The position numbers were made by a program, and so were the translations under genes. From assembly GCA_964425315.1 (NCBI GenBank), contig CAYRNB010000002.1:2973-66972 (forward strand): a stretch of DNA of 64,000 bases, written 5' to 3'. Numbering within the stretch: position 1 is the first letter of the stretch; every line of letters starts with the position of its first letter. This DNA comes from an uncultured Rhodoblastus sp. (lineage in GTDB: Bacteria > Pseudomonadota > Alphaproteobacteria > Rhizobiales > Beijerinckiaceae). Positions 20,544 through 32,683 of the stretch are shown here, piece by piece. A model generated the notes under the pieces. It was not told the origin of the DNA and did no database searches. It saw nothing but the letters and a program-made list of their open reading frames with translations.

Positions 20544-21317
20544 TCAACGATTCTTGAAGCGGGGCGGGCGCTTTTCAATAAAGGCCGCCATGCCCTCTTT
20601 CTGGTCCTGCGTCGCGAATGTGGCGTGAAAATTCCGTCTTTCAAATTTCACCCCTTCTTCGAGGGTCGTCGACTGCGACGTATGGATGCAGTCCTTGACC
20701 TGCATCGCGATGGGCAGCGACATGGAAGCAATCGTCGCCGCCGCCTTCATCGCCTCTTCGAGCAAAACTTCGGCCGGTACGATGCGCGAAATGAGGCCGG
20801 CGCGCTCAGCTTCCTGTGCATCCATCATGCGGCCGGTCAGGCACATTTCCATCGCCTTGGCCTTGCCGACTGCTCGCGTCAATCGCTGAGTGCCGCCGGC
20901 GCCGGGTGTAATGCCAAGCTTGATCTCCGGCTGCCCGAATTTGGCGTTTTCCGCCGCGAGAATGAAATCGCACATCATCGCCAACTCGCAGCCGCCGCCA
21001 AGAGCGAAGCCGGCTACGGCGGCTATGGCCGGCTTGCGAAAATAGGACAGCCTTTCCCAACTGGCGATCGTGTCGCTGAGATAGGCGTCCATGTAAGTCA
21101 GGGCGTGCAGTTCTTTGATGTCGGCGCCCGCCGCAAAAGCCTTGTCCGAACCGGTGAGAACGAGGGCGCCGATATTGGGGTCTTTTTCGAATGCGTCGAG
21201 CGCGACGTTGAGTTCGGCGATCAGGGCGGAATTAAGCGCATTCAGGGCCTTGGGCCGGTTGAGCCGAATGAGCCCGACCGATCCGTGGATTTCGACAATG
21301 ATGTTTTCAAAAATCAT
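20544..21317 (-). CDS. Enoyl-CoA hydratase
   Basis: RLNRPKALNAL, AFAAGADIKE, ALGGGCELAMMCD and FGQPEIKLG crotonase motifs. Confidence 0.95.
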   Translation of the reverse strand: MIFENIIVEIHGSVGLIRLNRPKALNALNSALIAELNVALDAFEKDPNIGALVLTGSDKAFAAGADIKELHALTYMDAYLSDTIASWERLSYFRKPAIAAVAGFALGGGCELAMMCDFILAAENAKFGQPEIKLGITPGAGGTQRLTRAVGKAKAMEMCLTGRMMDAQEAERAGLISRIVPAEVLLEEAMKAAATIASMSLPIAMQVKDCIHTSQSTTLEEGVKFERRNFHATFATQDQKEGMAAFIEKRPPRFKNR

Positions 21318-21384
21318 GGCGCGCCCTTCCTGGCTCTTCCGCCGAAAGGGCTAGCAAAGCCCGTACCATGTGGAAAGCGGCGCG

Positions 21385-22368
21385 TCACAGCCCTTCGAAC
21401 AAGGCGGTCGAAAGATAACGCTCCGCGAAAGACGGAATGATGATGACGATATTCTTGCCTTCCGAACTTGGGCGCGCCGCCACCTGCAGCGCCGCCGCCA
21501 CCGCTGCGCCCGATGAAATGCCGACCGGAACGCCCTCCATCCGGGCGACTTGCCGCGCCATCTCCATGGCCGCGGCGCTGTCGATTGTCACTACTTCGTC
21601 GATTACGGCGCGATCGAGCACCGGCGGCACGAAGCCGGCGCCAATGCCTTGAATCTTATGAGGCCCAGGTTGGCCGCCCGACAAAACCGGCGATTCGACC
21701 GGTTCGACGGCCACCATTTTCACGCTTGGCTTGCGTGATTTGAGGACTTCGCCAACGCCGGTGATGGTGCCGCCCGTGCCGACGCCCGAAATGACAATAT
21801 CGACGCCGCCCTCGGTGTCGTTCCAAATTTCTTCAGCCGTGGTGCGACGGTGAATCTCTGGATTGGCCGGATTTTCAAACTGGGCTGGCGTGATTGCATC
21901 CGGCGTCGATGCGACCAGTTCCGCCGCCTTGGCTATGGCGCCTTTCATCCCCTGCGCCGCCGGCGTCAGCACCAATTCGGCGCCGAGCAGAGCCAGCATT
22001 TTGCGCCGCTCGATCGACATGGATTCCGGCATGACCAGCTGCAGTTTATAACCGCGCGCCGCGGCGACGAAGGCGAGCGCAATGCCGGTATTGCCAGATG
22101 TCGGTTCGATCAGAACGGTTTTTTCTGGAGCAATCTTGCCCTTCGCTTCCAACGCGTCGATCATCGAAACGCCGATACGGTCTTTGACCGAGGCGATCGG
22201 ATTGAAGAATTCGAGTTTGGCGAGCAAATTCGCCTTCACTCCGCGCGCCGCCGCCAAACGATCGAAACGCACAAGCGGCGTGTCGCCGATCGTGTCGGTG
22301 ATGGAATGGTATATTTTTCCGCGTCCTGGCTTGTTCACCGCCGGTTCCGCTTTGGTCGCGTCATTCAT
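21385..22368 (-). CDS. cysK: Cysteine synthase A
   Basis: [16 protein letters not shown] (PLP lysine), [15 protein letters not shown] and HKIQGIGAG. Start at ATG 22368. Confidence 0.97.
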   Translation of the reverse strand: MNDATKAEPAVNKPGRGKIYHSITDTIGDTPLVRFDRLAAARGVKANLLAKLEFFNPIASVKDRIGVSMIDALEAKGKIAPEKTVLIEPTSGNTGIALAFVAAARGYKLQLVMPESMSIERRKMLALLGAELVLTPAAQGMKGAIAKAAELVASTPDAITPAQFENPANPEIHRRTTAEEIWNDTEGGVDIVISGVGTGGTITGVGEVLKSRKPSVKMVAVEPVESPVLSGGQPGPHKIQGIGAGFVPPVLDRAVIDEVVTIDSAAAMEMARQVARMEGVPVGISSGAAVAAALQVAARPSSEGKNIVIIIPSFAERYLSTALFEGL

Positions 22369-22414
22369 TGCTTGCTCCCTTGGGCCCCTCCCGCCTCGCT
22401 CCAGCCAAACTAAC

Positions 22415-22439
22415 AAGGTTGATATAATTTGTCGATTTA
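22415..22439. promoter_or_regulatory. Putative Rrf2-family (IscR/CymR-like) operator upstream of cysK
   Basis: AAGGTTGATATAATTTGTCGATTTA is an AT-cored imperfect palindrome. It matches 16 of 25 positions of the E. coli IscR type-1 consensus ATASYYGACTRWWWYAGTCRRSTAT. Confidence 0.45.
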
Positions 22440-22898
22440 ACGCAACGGCGACTTTTCTCCTGTCGAGCCAAATCCACCGGTTCCGCGCGTCGTCGCCGAA
22501 AGGTCCTCCACTGCGACGAGGCGGGCCTGTGGCGCCGGAGCGACAACGAGCTGCGCAATGCGGGCGCCGCGGGCGATCTCGAACGGCTGGTCGCCGTGAT
22601 TGACCAGGATGATCCCCACTTCGCCACGATAGTCGCTGTCGATCGTCCCCGGCGCGTTCAAGACCGTCACGCCATATTTGATGGCCAAGCCGGAACGCGG
22701 CCGCGTCTGGGCCTCGTAGCCTGGGGCGATCTCCATCACCAAACCCGTCGGAATCAAGGCCCGGCCGCCCGGGCGCAGAATGACTGGCGCATCGGCGGGA
22801 AGGGCCGCAAGCAGATCGAGGCCCGCGGCGCCGGCGCTTTGATAGGCCGGCAGCGGCAAATCCGCGGCATGGGGCAGGCGTTTGATCTTGATCTCCAA
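22437..22898 (-). CDS. dut: dUTP diphosphatase
   Basis: [31 protein letters not shown] and [10 protein letters not shown] motifs. Confidence 0.98.
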   Translation of the reverse strand: MEIKIKRLPHAADLPLPAYQSAGAAGLDLLAALPADAPVILRPGGRALIPTGLVMEIAPGYEAQTRPRSGLAIKYGVTVLNAPGTIDSDYRGEVGIILVNHGDQPFEIARGARIAQLVVAPAPQARLVAVEDLSATTRGTGGFGSTGEKSPLR

Positions 22899-24131
22899 TC
22901 AGCGCCCCTCGCGTTTTGTCGACATTTGAGCAAGCACTGCGATCAGTCGACGCGCAGCGGCGTTTTTGTCGAGCTTCGGAAAAGTCGTCTCTCCCTCGGA
23001 GCCGACGATAATGAGCGTATTTTCTTCGCCGCCCATGACGCCGCTCGCCGGACTGACGTCATTGGCCACGATCAGGTCGCACCCTTTCCGCGCCAGTTTT
23101 TCTTTGGCGTGCTCGATCACCCTTTCGGTTTCGGCCGCAAAGCCGACGACAAATTCCGGACGGTTTTTGGCGCGCCGCGCCACTTTGGCGAGAATGTCGG
23201 GATTTTCCACCAGGCGCAGTGCGGGCGGGCCTTGATCCGTTTTCTTGATCTTTTGGACGGCCCCGTCCTCAACCCGCCAATCGGCGACCGCCGCGGCGGC
23301 GATGAAAATGTCGCATGGCTGCGCCGATTCGACCGCTTCCGCCATGTCGCGCGCTGTTTCGACGCGCACGATGCGCACATTTCTTGGCGCGTCAAGCGCG
23401 ACAGGACCAGATATCAGCGTCACTTCGGCGCCTGCCTCTTGCGCCGCTCTCGCTATGGCGTAGCCCTGCCTGCCCGACGAGCGATTGGCGATAAAGCGGA
23501 CCGGATCGATCGGCTCATGCGTCGGGCCAGCGGTGACGACGATCTTTTTTCCGACAAGACTTGGCGCGGAGCCGTCCCCCGTTTCCAAAGCGGCTTTCAC
23601 CGCCGAAAAGATTTCTTCCGGCTCCGCCAGGCGGCCGGGGCCAAATTCGCCGCAGGCCATTTCGCCTTCATTGGGTCCGACGAAAATCATGCCGTCGGCC
23701 CGCAATCGCGCAATGTTGCGCTGCGTCGCCGGGTGGGTCCACATGCGCCAGTTCATCGCCGGCGCCGCGAGAATCCTTTTGTCCGACGCGAGAAGCAGAG
23801 TGGAGGCGAGATCGTTGGCGAGACCCTGCGCCGCTTTCGCCAGAAGATCGGCGGTCGCGGGCGCGATAACCACGAGATCGGCCTGCCGGGTCAGCTCGAT
23901 ATGGCCCATTTCGGTCTCGTCGGTCAGCGAAAACAAATCCTCGAAGACCTTATAGTTGCTCAGGCTCGCGAGCGACAGCGGCGTAACGAATTGCCCGCCG
24001 GCATGGGTGAGGACGACTCGAACCTTCATGCCGGCGCCTCGAAGAAGACGAATCAGTTCAAGGCTTTTGTATGCCGCTATGCCGCCGCCAACGATCAGCA
24101 GAATGGATGGTTTTTCGGCGGGCGTCGCCAT
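22899..24131 (-). CDS. coaBC: Bifunctional phosphopantothenoylcysteine decarboxylase/ligase
   Basis: [40 protein letters not shown] and VGFAAET motifs. Confidence 0.97.
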   Translation of the reverse strand: MATPAEKPSILLIVGGGIAAYKSLELIRLLRGAGMKVRVVLTHAGGQFVTPLSLASLSNYKVFEDLFSLTDETEMGHIELTRQADLVVIAPATADLLAKAAQGLANDLASTLLLASDKRILAAPAMNWRMWTHPATQRNIARLRADGMIFVGPNEGEMACGEFGPGRLAEPEEIFSAVKAALETGDGSAPSLVGKKIVVTAGPTHEPIDPVRFIANRSSGRQGYAIARAAQEAGAEVTLISGPVALDAPRNVRIVRVETARDMAEAVESAQPCDIFIAAAAVADWRVEDGAVQKIKKTDQGPPALRLVENPDILAKVARRAKNRPEFVVGFAAETERVIEHAKEKLARKGCDLIVANDVSPASGVMGGEENTLIIVGSEGETTFPKLDKNAAARRLIAVLAQMSTKREGR

Positions 24132-24143
24132 GGCCGGTGCTCC

Positions 24144-25703
24144 TCAGCGCCAGAGCAGGAAAATAAGGACGACAAGAGCCAGCCCAACGATGTAGCGCCA
24201 GAGCCGCTGGCCCGCGGCATTGGCCCTACCCAGTTCCGCCACCGTTCGCGGCGCCAGAGTGAAGCCATGCTCCGCCATTGTTTCGAATTTCTCGACGATG
24301 CGGCCGGCGCGCGTCAGCATGTCCGGCGTTTGGGACGCGACCTGCGCCAGTGCTGCGAAGCTGCGGCCGGCGTCGGCGATCTTGCCGCGCGGACCGAGAT
24401 TGTCTTCCATCCAGCTGCGCACCACCGGCTCCGCCGTCGACCACATATCGAGGCGCGGATCGAGCGCGCGCGCCACTCCTTCCACTACCACCATGGTCTT
24501 TTGCAGCATAACCAGTTCGATCCGGGTGCGCATGTCGAATAACGCGGTAATTTCGAACAGCAGCGCCAAGAGCTTGGCCATGGAAATTTCATCGGCCCGC
24601 CGCGAATGAATCGGCTCGCCGACGGCGCGAATCGCCTGAGCGAAATCGGCGACGCGATAATGGGGTGGGACGTAACCCGCCTCGAAATGCACCTCCGCCA
24701 CGCGCTGATAATCGCGCGTAATGAAGCCATGGAGAATTTCCGCGAGAAAGCGGCGCTCTTTGGCGCCGAGCCGACCCATAATGCCGAAATCCACCGCCGC
24801 CAGCCGGCCCTCCCCGGTCAGAAACAGGTTGCCGGGATGCATATCCGCGTGAAAAAAACCGTCGCGCACCGCATGGCGCAAGAACGACTGGATGAGGATG
24901 CGTCCGAGGCGGGGCAGATCGGCGCCGGCGCGACGCAAAGCCTCGACATCGGTGAGCGGTATGCCCTCGATCCATTCCAAGGTCATGACTTCGCGCGCGC
25001 AACGATCCCAATCGACACGCGGAACGAGAAAATCATCGTCGCCTTCGGTGTTTTCGGCGAATTCCGAGGCGGCGGCCGCCTCGAGCCGAAAATCCATCTC
25101 GACCTTGACCGAGCGGGCGAGCGTTTCCACAACGCCGACCGGATTGAGCCTTTGCCCGTCCGGCAGGAATTTTTCCGCCATGCGGGCGGCGAAAAACATG
25201 TCGCTGAGATCGCGGCGAAAACGGCGCTCTATGCCCGGCCGGAGGATTTTCACGGCGACGGGGCGGGTGACCCCGTCCTCAATGATTGCGGCGCGATGCA
25301 CTTGCGCCACCGACGCCGCCGCCACGGTTTCGCTCAGTTCGACGAACAGGCTTTCGAGGGGCCGTCCGAAGGACTTTTCCACAACGCTGACCGCCACATC
25401 GTGGGAGAACGGCTCCATCCGGTCCTGCAAAGCTTCCAGTTCACGCGCCACGGCGACACCGACCACGTCGGGCCGCGTCGCTAATGTCTGGCCGAGCTTG
25501 ACATAGGATGGGCCGAGCCGGGCGATGGCTGGCGCGAGCCGCGCCATACCGCCGCCACGTCGCGCGACCAGTCTCGCCAAAAACAAGCCCATCCGCGCCT
25601 CCGGCGGCACGGCGGAGCCGTCGATACCGGAAAACACGCCTTCGCGCGCCAGGATGAACCCGGCGCGGCCAAGCCGCAGAACATGGCCGAGAAACGCCAA
25701 CAC
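24144..25703 (-). CDS. ubiB: ABC1/UbiB ubiquinone biosynthesis kinase
   Basis: LGPSYVKLGQ, AAASVAQVH, VAVKILRP, FFHADMHPGN and DFGIMG motifs. Confidence 0.96.
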   Translation of the reverse strand: MLAFLGHVLRLGRAGFILAREGVFSGIDGSAVPPEARMGLFLARLVARRGGGMARLAPAIARLGPSYVKLGQTLATRPDVVGVAVARELEALQDRMEPFSHDVAVSVVEKSFGRPLESLFVELSETVAAASVAQVHRAAIIEDGVTRPVAVKILRPGIERRFRRDLSDMFFAARMAEKFLPDGQRLNPVGVVETLARSVKVEMDFRLEAAAASEFAENTEGDDDFLVPRVDWDRCAREVMTLEWIEGIPLTDVEALRRAGADLPRLGRILIQSFLRHAVRDGFFHADMHPGNLFLTGEGRLAAVDFGIMGRLGAKERRFLAEILHGFITRDYQRVAEVHFEAGYVPPHYRVADFAQAIRAVGEPIHSRRADEISMAKLLALLFEITALFDMRTRIELVMLQKTMVVVEGVARALDPRLDMWSTAEPVVRSWMEDNLGPRGKIADAGRSFAALAQVASQTPDMLTRAGRIVEKFETMAEHGFTLAPRTVAELGRANAAGQRLWRYIVGLALVVLIFLLWR

Positions 25704-25720
25704 GGAAGGGTCTCGAACTC

Positions 25721-26521
25721 CTACAATTTCCAGCCGGAATGAATGACGACGACCCCGCCGGTCAGGCGGGTGAAGCCGACCCGCTGGAATCCCGCTTGTT
25801 CTATCATGGCGGCGAACTCCTCGGCCGGCGGAAACTGCCGGATCGATTCAACCAGATAGCGGTATGGCTCCGCTTCGCCCGTGACAATCCTGCCCATGAG
25901 CGGGATGACCGAAAAAGAGTAGGATTCGTAGATTTTAGCGAGAAACGGGGCTTCCACTTGAGAGAATTCAAGGCAAAGAAAACGCCCGCCGCGCTTGAGA
26001 ACGCGATAGGCTTCCGCCAAGGCTTTTTCGATGCGCGGCACATTTCGAATTCCAAAGGCGACCGTATAGGCGTCGAATTCGCCCTCGGGAAAGGGAAGGT
26101 CCTCGGCATTGGCTTCGACGAAGGTCAACCGGTCGGAAAGGCCTTTCTTTTCCGCTCTCTCGCGCCCGACCGCCAGCATGTCCGGGTTGATGTCGAGAAC
26201 CACGCATTTTGTCTGCCGCCCGCCGGCGCGCGTCACGCGGAAAGCGATGTCCCCGGTGCCTCCCGCAACATCCAAGTGCTTGAAAGGTCTGGACTTAGAC
26301 GGATGAACCTTGGCGACAAAAACATCTTTCCATAAGCGATGGAGGCCGCCCGACATCAAGTCGTTCATCACGTCATAGCGATGGGCCACCTTATGAAATA
26401 CATCGTCGACCAGTCCCTGCTTGTCACCAAGCGGTACTTCCGAATAACCGAAATGGGTGCGGGTTTCGCCGCCGCCTTGCTGGGCGCGACCGTCGAAATC
26501 CGGCGGGGAGGCTTCTCGCAT
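25721..26521 (-). CDS. ubiE: Ubiquinone/menaquinone C-methyltransferase
   Basis: [33 protein letters not shown] and AFGIRNV motifs. Confidence 0.97.
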   Translation of the reverse strand: MREASPPDFDGRAQQGGGETRTHFGYSEVPLGDKQGLVDDVFHKVAHRYDVMNDLMSGGLHRLWKDVFVAKVHPSKSRPFKHLDVAGGTGDIAFRVTRAGGRQTKCVVLDINPDMLAVGRERAEKKGLSDRLTFVEANAEDLPFPEGEFDAYTVAFGIRNVPRIEKALAEAYRVLKRGGRFLCLEFSQVEAPFLAKIYESYSFSVIPLMGRIVTGEAEPYRYLVESIRQFPPAEEFAAMIEQAGFQRVGFTRLTGGVVVIHSGWKL

Positions 26522-26611
26522 CTTGTCTTCTCCCGATGACGGGCGGACCATAGCGCGACCGCTCGCGCATGGCTATCTATCGCGGAGAAAACGCGATTTG
26601 AAGGGGACGAA

Positions 26612-27496
26612 ATGCCCGAACTGCCGGAGGTCGAAACTGTGCGTCGGGGTCTTGCGCCGATTCTTGTCGGCGCCCGGATCAAGCGCGTCGAGCTGCGACG
26701 GCCGGATTTGCGCTTTCCCTTTCCGGAAAAGTTCGCGCAACGTTTGCAAGGCCGGCGCATTATCGGACTCGATAGGCGCGCGAAATATCTGATCGCGCCT
26801 CTTGACGACGGTGCGGCGCTGATCGCCCATCTCGGCATGAGCGGGGCCTTTCGCGTTGAAAAGGCGGATGAAATTCGGGGCGAACCGCTTGGCGCATTCT
26901 CTCTGCCTCATTCAAAAAAGCCGGCGCATGACCACGTCGTTCTTCATTTCGAGGGCGCGCGCGTCATCTACAACGATCCGCGCCGCTTCGGCTTCATGAC
27001 CCTTGTCCCGCAGGCGGAGCTCGAGGCGCAGTCTTTTTTCGCCGGACTGGGCGTCGAGCCCCTGTCCGAGGCTTTCAGCAGCGCGGTCCTGGCGCGGCTT
27101 TTCGCCGGCAAAAGGGCGCCGCTGAAATCGGCGCTCCTCGACCAAAGACTGGTCGCAGGATTGGGCAATATTTACGTTTGCGAGGCTCTGCATCGATCCG
27201 GCTTGTCGCCAAATCGCCCGGCAGGGGGTTTGACAAAACGCAACGGCGCGCCTGCCAGGGCAGCAGAAAAGCTTGCGCGCGCCATCCGCGAGGTGCTGGA
27301 AGAAGCGGTCGCGGCAGGCGGATCTTCGCTCCGCGACCATCGGCAGACCGATGGCTCCCTCGGATACTTCCAGCACAATTTCCGAGTTTACGGACGCGAA
27401 GGCGCGGCTTGTTCGAAAAGAAGCTGTGGCGGAACAATAATCAGGCAAACCCGAAGTGGCCGCTCGACCTTTTTTTGTCCCGTGTGCCAAAATTGA
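26612..27496 (+). CDS. mutM: Formamidopyrimidine-DNA glycosylase
   Basis: [26 protein letters not shown] and a C-terminal zinc finger. Confidence 0.98.
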   Translation: MPELPEVETVRRGLAPILVGARIKRVELRRPDLRFPFPEKFAQRLQGRRIIGLDRRAKYLIAPLDDGAALIAHLGMSGAFRVEKADEIRGEPLGAFSLPHSKKPAHDHVVLHFEGARVIYNDPRRFGFMTLVPQAELEAQSFFAGLGVEPLSEAFSSAVLARLFAGKRAPLKSALLDQRLVAGLGNIYVCEALHRSGLSPNRPAGGLTKRNGAPARAAEKLARAIREVLEEAVAAGGSSLRDHRQTDGSLGYFQHNFRVYGREGAACSKRSCGGTIIRQTRSGRSTFFCPVCQN

Positions 27497-27528
27497 CAGA
27501 CGCGAACGAGACCGGCGGATTCGAAACC

Positions 27529-28329
27529 ATGCTGAAATTTCTCGGCGGGAACCGCGCAAAGGCGGTGAGCGAAATCGAAGTCGCCTTCGGCGGCGAATCG
27601 TTTCTCGTTGCCCTCAAGCGCGTCGCGTCCGCGCGACGTTTTACCTTGCGCGTCCGCGCGGCGACCCGCGACGTCGTCCTGACCATGCCCGCCAGGGCAG
27701 GATTGCGGCAGGCGCAGGAATTCGCACAAAGCCATGCGGCGTGGATCGCTCAGCGCCTCGCGCGTTTGCCGGACCGCCTTCCGTTTGAGCCGGGCGCGAA
27801 GATTTTTTTTCGCGGCGCGGAGCATGTATTGCGGCACTGCCCGCAGTCGCGCGTCGGCGGTGCTCGACGCGGCCCGGTCTGGCTGGAGGCGCGCGATGGA
27901 CGGACTTTTATTTGCGCTTCCGGCGAATTGGCCCATTTCGAGCGTCGAATCGCCGATTTCCTTCGGCGCGAGGCGCGCCGCGATCTTGAAGCCGCCGTGC
28001 GACGGCATGCGGCGGTGGTTGGGCGTGCGCCCATTGCGCTAACACTTCGCGACACGTCCAGCCGCTGGGGCTCCTGTTCAGCCAAGGGCGCGCTGAATTT
28101 TTCCTGGCGGCTGATCATGGCGCCGCCTTTCGTCCTTGATTACCTCGCCGCGCATGAAACGGCCCATCTGCGCCACCACGACCATTCGACGAAGTTCTGG
28201 GCTTTGACGAGGAGCCTATGCCCGCAGACGGAACAGGCGGAAGCTTGGCTCAAGGCTCACGGCGCGCATTTGCACCGTTATGGGCGTCGTCCGCGGCCAA
28301 GCGGCGACAGCGATCTTAACGCCGAATGA
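27529..28329 (+). CDS. M48/YgjP (SprT-like) zinc metallopeptidase family protein
   Basis: SRWGSCS, LNFSWRLIMAP and DYLAAHETAHLRHHDHS (HExxH). Confidence 0.9.
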   Translation: MLKFLGGNRAKAVSEIEVAFGGESFLVALKRVASARRFTLRVRAATRDVVLTMPARAGLRQAQEFAQSHAAWIAQRLARLPDRLPFEPGAKIFFRGAEHVLRHCPQSRVGGARRGPVWLEARDGRTFICASGELAHFERRIADFLRREARRDLEAAVRRHAAVVGRAPIALTLRDTSSRWGSCSAKGALNFSWRLIMAPPFVLDYLAAHETAHLRHHDHSTKFWALTRSLCPQTEQAEAWLKAHGAHLHRYGRRPRPSGDSDLNAE

Positions 28330-29026
28330 AAGTCAGATAGACGGGCCGCCGCCCGTCGCGCAAAGCTTTGGCTTCGTAGCGCGTTCCCGGCCAATCGGCC
28401 CAAGGAGCCAGCCAATCCTTGGCGCTTTTCGCCGGCCAGAAGAAATCCGCAGAGCGAAGGACGCGCGCCAGAGTCCAGCCGGCGTAATCGTCAATGTCGG
28501 TAGCGAAACGCAATTCCGCGCCCGAACGCATGACTCGGCCCAGCCGAGACAGCATTTCGTCGGAAATGAAGCGGCGACGCCTGTGTCGCCGTTTCGGCCA
28601 AGGATCTGGATAGAGCAGGCAGACGCCGGCCAGGCTGGCCGCGGGCAATGCGTCGATCAATCGCGCCGCGTCTCCATCATGGATGCGAATGTTGGTCAAA
28701 CAGCGCGTTTCGATCTCGGCGAGGAGTTTTGCGACGCCATTAACGAAGGGCTCGCAACCGAAATAGCCACGCCGAGGATGGACGCCAGCTTCGGCGGCGA
28801 GGTGTTCGCCTCCGCCAAAACCGATTTCGAGCCGAAGGTCGTCGGGACGATCGGGAAAAAGGCATCGAGGATCGACGAGGGGCGCGGCCAAGTCGACGCG
28901 CAACTTGGGGAGCAGAGTCTCGATCAATTTAGCCTGATGGGGACGCAAGGCCTTGCCTTTGCGCCTGCCGTATATTCCGCCGTCGCCTAATGAGCGAAGA
29001 CGTTGCTGATCGTTCGCAATAGTCAT
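28316..29026 (-). CDS. trmB: tRNA (guanine-N7)-methyltransferase
   Basis: LEIGFGGGEHL, GCEPF, YPDPWPKRRH, FATD and TRYEAKA motifs. Confidence 0.96.
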   Translation of the reverse strand: MTIANDQQRLRSLGDGGIYGRRKGKALRPHQAKLIETLLPKLRVDLAAPLVDPRCLFPDRPDDLRLEIGFGGGEHLAAEAGVHPRRGYFGCEPFVNGVAKLLAEIETRCLTNIRIHDGDAARLIDALPAASLAGVCLLYPDPWPKRRHRRRRFISDEMLSRLGRVMRSGAELRFATDIDDYAGWTLARVLRSADFFWPAKSAKDWLAPWADWPGTRYEAKALRDGRRPVYLTFIRR

Positions 29027-29040
29027 TCCGCCTCAACTTT

Positions 29041-30237
<1,197 letters not shown>

Positions 30238-30391
30238 GATCTGCCTCCAGATTAAAAGGCGCCGTCGCGCCAGGGCTCGAACGACCCGCCTCCCAATCGA
30301 GTCCGCGCCGCCCAGAGCGCAAACCCGGATCCGACGCGCCGCATTAGAGCACGGTCCACGTCGTCGAAACCGCGATCAAAAGACCGCATCG

Positions 30392-30420
30392 TTTAATGGA
30401 ACGGCGTTCGTTTCGTCAAG
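30392..30420 (-). promoter_or_regulatory. Putative sigma70 promoter of metK
   Basis: Minus strand CTTGAC-N17-ATTAAA, implying a leader of about 150 nt. Confidence 0.5.
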
Positions 30421-30490
30421 CATTTCGGCGCGAATCGTTCGATAAAACAAACGCGCTGTGAAAAATGCCGCGATTGCTGAATTGATCGGC

Positions 30491-30901
30491 TCAGCTATTT
30501 TCGCTTTCCGCAAGCGCCGTCACCAGATCAACGATTTTTTTCCGAACTTTGGGATCGGCAATCCGTGCGAAGGCGCGGTTGAGGCTCAACCCTTCCGCCG
30601 TCATGACGAAATCGCTGGCAAGGCTGTCTTCCGCGTCGCCCTCCGCAAATCCACCGTTGATCGCTCCGTCGGCGACCGGCGCGCCTTTAAAGAAATAGGC
30701 GAGGGGAATATTCAACGCTTCCGATATCTGCTGCAATCGGCTGGCGCTGATCCGATTGGTTCCTTTTTCGTATTTTTGCACCTGCTGGAATGTCAGCCCC
30801 AGGGCTTCGCCCAGCTTCTCCTGACTCATGCCGACCAGCATCCGCCGCATGCGCACACGGGCGCCGACGTGGCGGTCGATTGGATTGGGTGCTTTGGACA
30901 C
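30491..30901 (-). CDS. XRE-family HTH transcriptional regulator
   Basis: PNPIDRHVGARVRMRR..SQEKLGEALGLTFQQVQKYEKGTNRISASRL. GTG start at 30901. Confidence 0.93.
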   Translation of the reverse strand: MSKAPNPIDRHVGARVRMRRMLVGMSQEKLGEALGLTFQQVQKYEKGTNRISASRLQQISEALNIPLAYFFKGAPVADGAINGGFAEGDAEDSLASDFVMTAEGLSLNRAFARIADPKVRKKIVDLVTALAESENS

Positions 30902-30958
30902 GGAATTTCCCGGCGAGACAACTATACCGTGCAATTTGCGACAGAGCCTGACCTAAAG

Positions 30959-32527
30959 TCAAACCCTGATTGGGCGAATAAAAGCGCCTATAAGGACAAA
31001 AATCCATAAGATCGCGGGGATCAAATGGGGATTGCGAGAAAATTCAGTTGGCGCCAACGGCTTGGGCAACGGTCCATCGACGAAGGCTTCCACGCCCAGC
31101 GGCGCTGATGCGACGGTGCGCCCATAGGGATCAATAATCGCGGATATGCCGGTGTTCGCTGCGCGCACCAAAGGCAAGCCCTGTTCAATCGCCCGCAGAC
31201 GAGCTTGAGCGAAATGCTGATAGGGACCTGGCGTATCGCCGAACCAGCCGTCATTGGTGACGTTGAGCATTAGCCCCGGCCGTATGGGCAGGGCGCGGAT
31301 ACGATCAGCTATTTCGTCGGGAAATATGGACTCATAACAAACCATTGGGAAAACCGGCGGCAGTCCTGGGGCGGTCAGAAGCCGCGACTTCACGCCCGGT
31401 TGGAAACCGCCAGGAATTGATACGAATTGGGTGATTCCGGCGCGCGCCAGCAGAAAAGCAAAAGGCATGTATTCTCCGAAAGGCGCGAGATGCATTTTGT
31501 CGTAGCTCTCTTTGATCTCACCATCCGCGATGACCTCTACAGAGTTGAAATAATTTGTTTTACGTCCTTCTCCTTCGGCGCGGGCGGCGCCTGTGAAAAG
31601 AATAGTGTTCTGCAAACGCTCGCCAATTAGCGACAAGGCCGCCGGGTTGCGCGACAGGATGAAAGGAAACGCGGACTCCGGCCAGAACAAAGCGGTGATA
31701 TCCTTTACCCCGGTCGTTTGCGGCGAAGTCGCGCGATCAGACAAGCTGAGGTAGCGCTCAAGCAACTGATTGCGACGATCCCAGCGAAATTCATCCAGCG
31801 GAACATCGGGCTGAACGACGCGCAACTTGACGCCCGGCAAATTCCGGGCGGTCGCGTGCAGGCGCCAAAAACCGAAAAGCGCGAGGCCTGCCAGGGCGAC
31901 CAGCGCGGCTGATGGCGCAATCCGATTCGGCTTTGCTCCCGCGAGCAGCGCGGGAGAGGCGAATAGCAGCACCGAAAGGACGGTCAGGCCGTAAAGACCG
32001 TAAATCGAGGCCGTCTGGGCGAAATACAGATTGCCGCCCAGGACCATGCCGAAGTCATTCCAGGGAAAGCCGGTAAAAAGGTGTCCGCGCAGCCATTCCG
32101 CCAGGCTTAATCCGGCTGCGAGGGCAAAGATTCGCGCCGGCCCCGCAGACCACAACAGTCGCGCGACAAGAAATCCAAAAGCGGTGAAAAGAGCCAGACC
32201 GGCCGGAAGTCCCAGCACGCCGAGGGGCAAAGCCCAGGCGAACTTGTCGGCCTCCGCCAGAAAAGCATTCCCGAGCCACCACAGGCCGGCGACAAAATAA
32301 CCAAAGCCCATCCACCATCCGGCGCCCGCCGCGCGGCGCAAGCTCGCCCACAGGTTGTCGCCGGTTGACCCATCGATGAGCCAGACCGCGAGGACCATCG
32401 GAACAAAGAAAGCCGGGAAAAAGCCTATCGGCGCCAAGGCGAGGGCGCCGACGGCGCCGCCGCCAAAGGCGATAAGGCGGCGCGGCCAACGATCGGCGAG
32501 AACGACGCGCTGGGCGATAGATTCCAT
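30959..32527 (-). CDS. lnt: Apolipoprotein N-acyltransferase
   Basis: FTGFPWN, FWPES, YDKMHLAPFGEY, VCYES and NVTNDGWFG (nitrilase-fold triad). Confidence 0.96.
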   Translation of the reverse strand: MESIAQRVVLADRWPRRLIAFGGGAVGALALAPIGFFPAFFVPMVLAVWLIDGSTGDNLWASLRRAAGAGWWMGFGYFVAGLWWLGNAFLAEADKFAWALPLGVLGLPAGLALFTAFGFLVARLLWSAGPARIFALAAGLSLAEWLRGHLFTGFPWNDFGMVLGGNLYFAQTASIYGLYGLTVLSVLLFASPALLAGAKPNRIAPSAALVALAGLALFGFWRLHATARNLPGVKLRVVQPDVPLDEFRWDRRNQLLERYLSLSDRATSPQTTGVKDITALFWPESAFPFILSRNPAALSLIGERLQNTILFTGAARAEGEGRKTNYFNSVEVIADGEIKESYDKMHLAPFGEYMPFAFLLARAGITQFVSIPGGFQPGVKSRLLTAPGLPPVFPMVCYESIFPDEIADRIRALPIRPGLMLNVTNDGWFGDTPGPYQHFAQARLRAIEQGLPLVRAANTGISAIIDPYGRTVASAPLGVEAFVDGPLPKPLAPTEFSRNPHLIPAILWIFVLIGAFIRPIRV

Positions 32528-32683
32528 CTGTCTTTCCTGGGGCCCACAACCGCGAATCGCCGTTGATCCTATAGCGGTCGACGGCGGATTGCGAAGCTGC
32601 GAGCTTTAAGCTCCTTCATTTCCCGAGAACAACGCCGACCGTCAAGCTATTCTCGTGAATGAAGTTGTTGCCGAAGGGTACGT

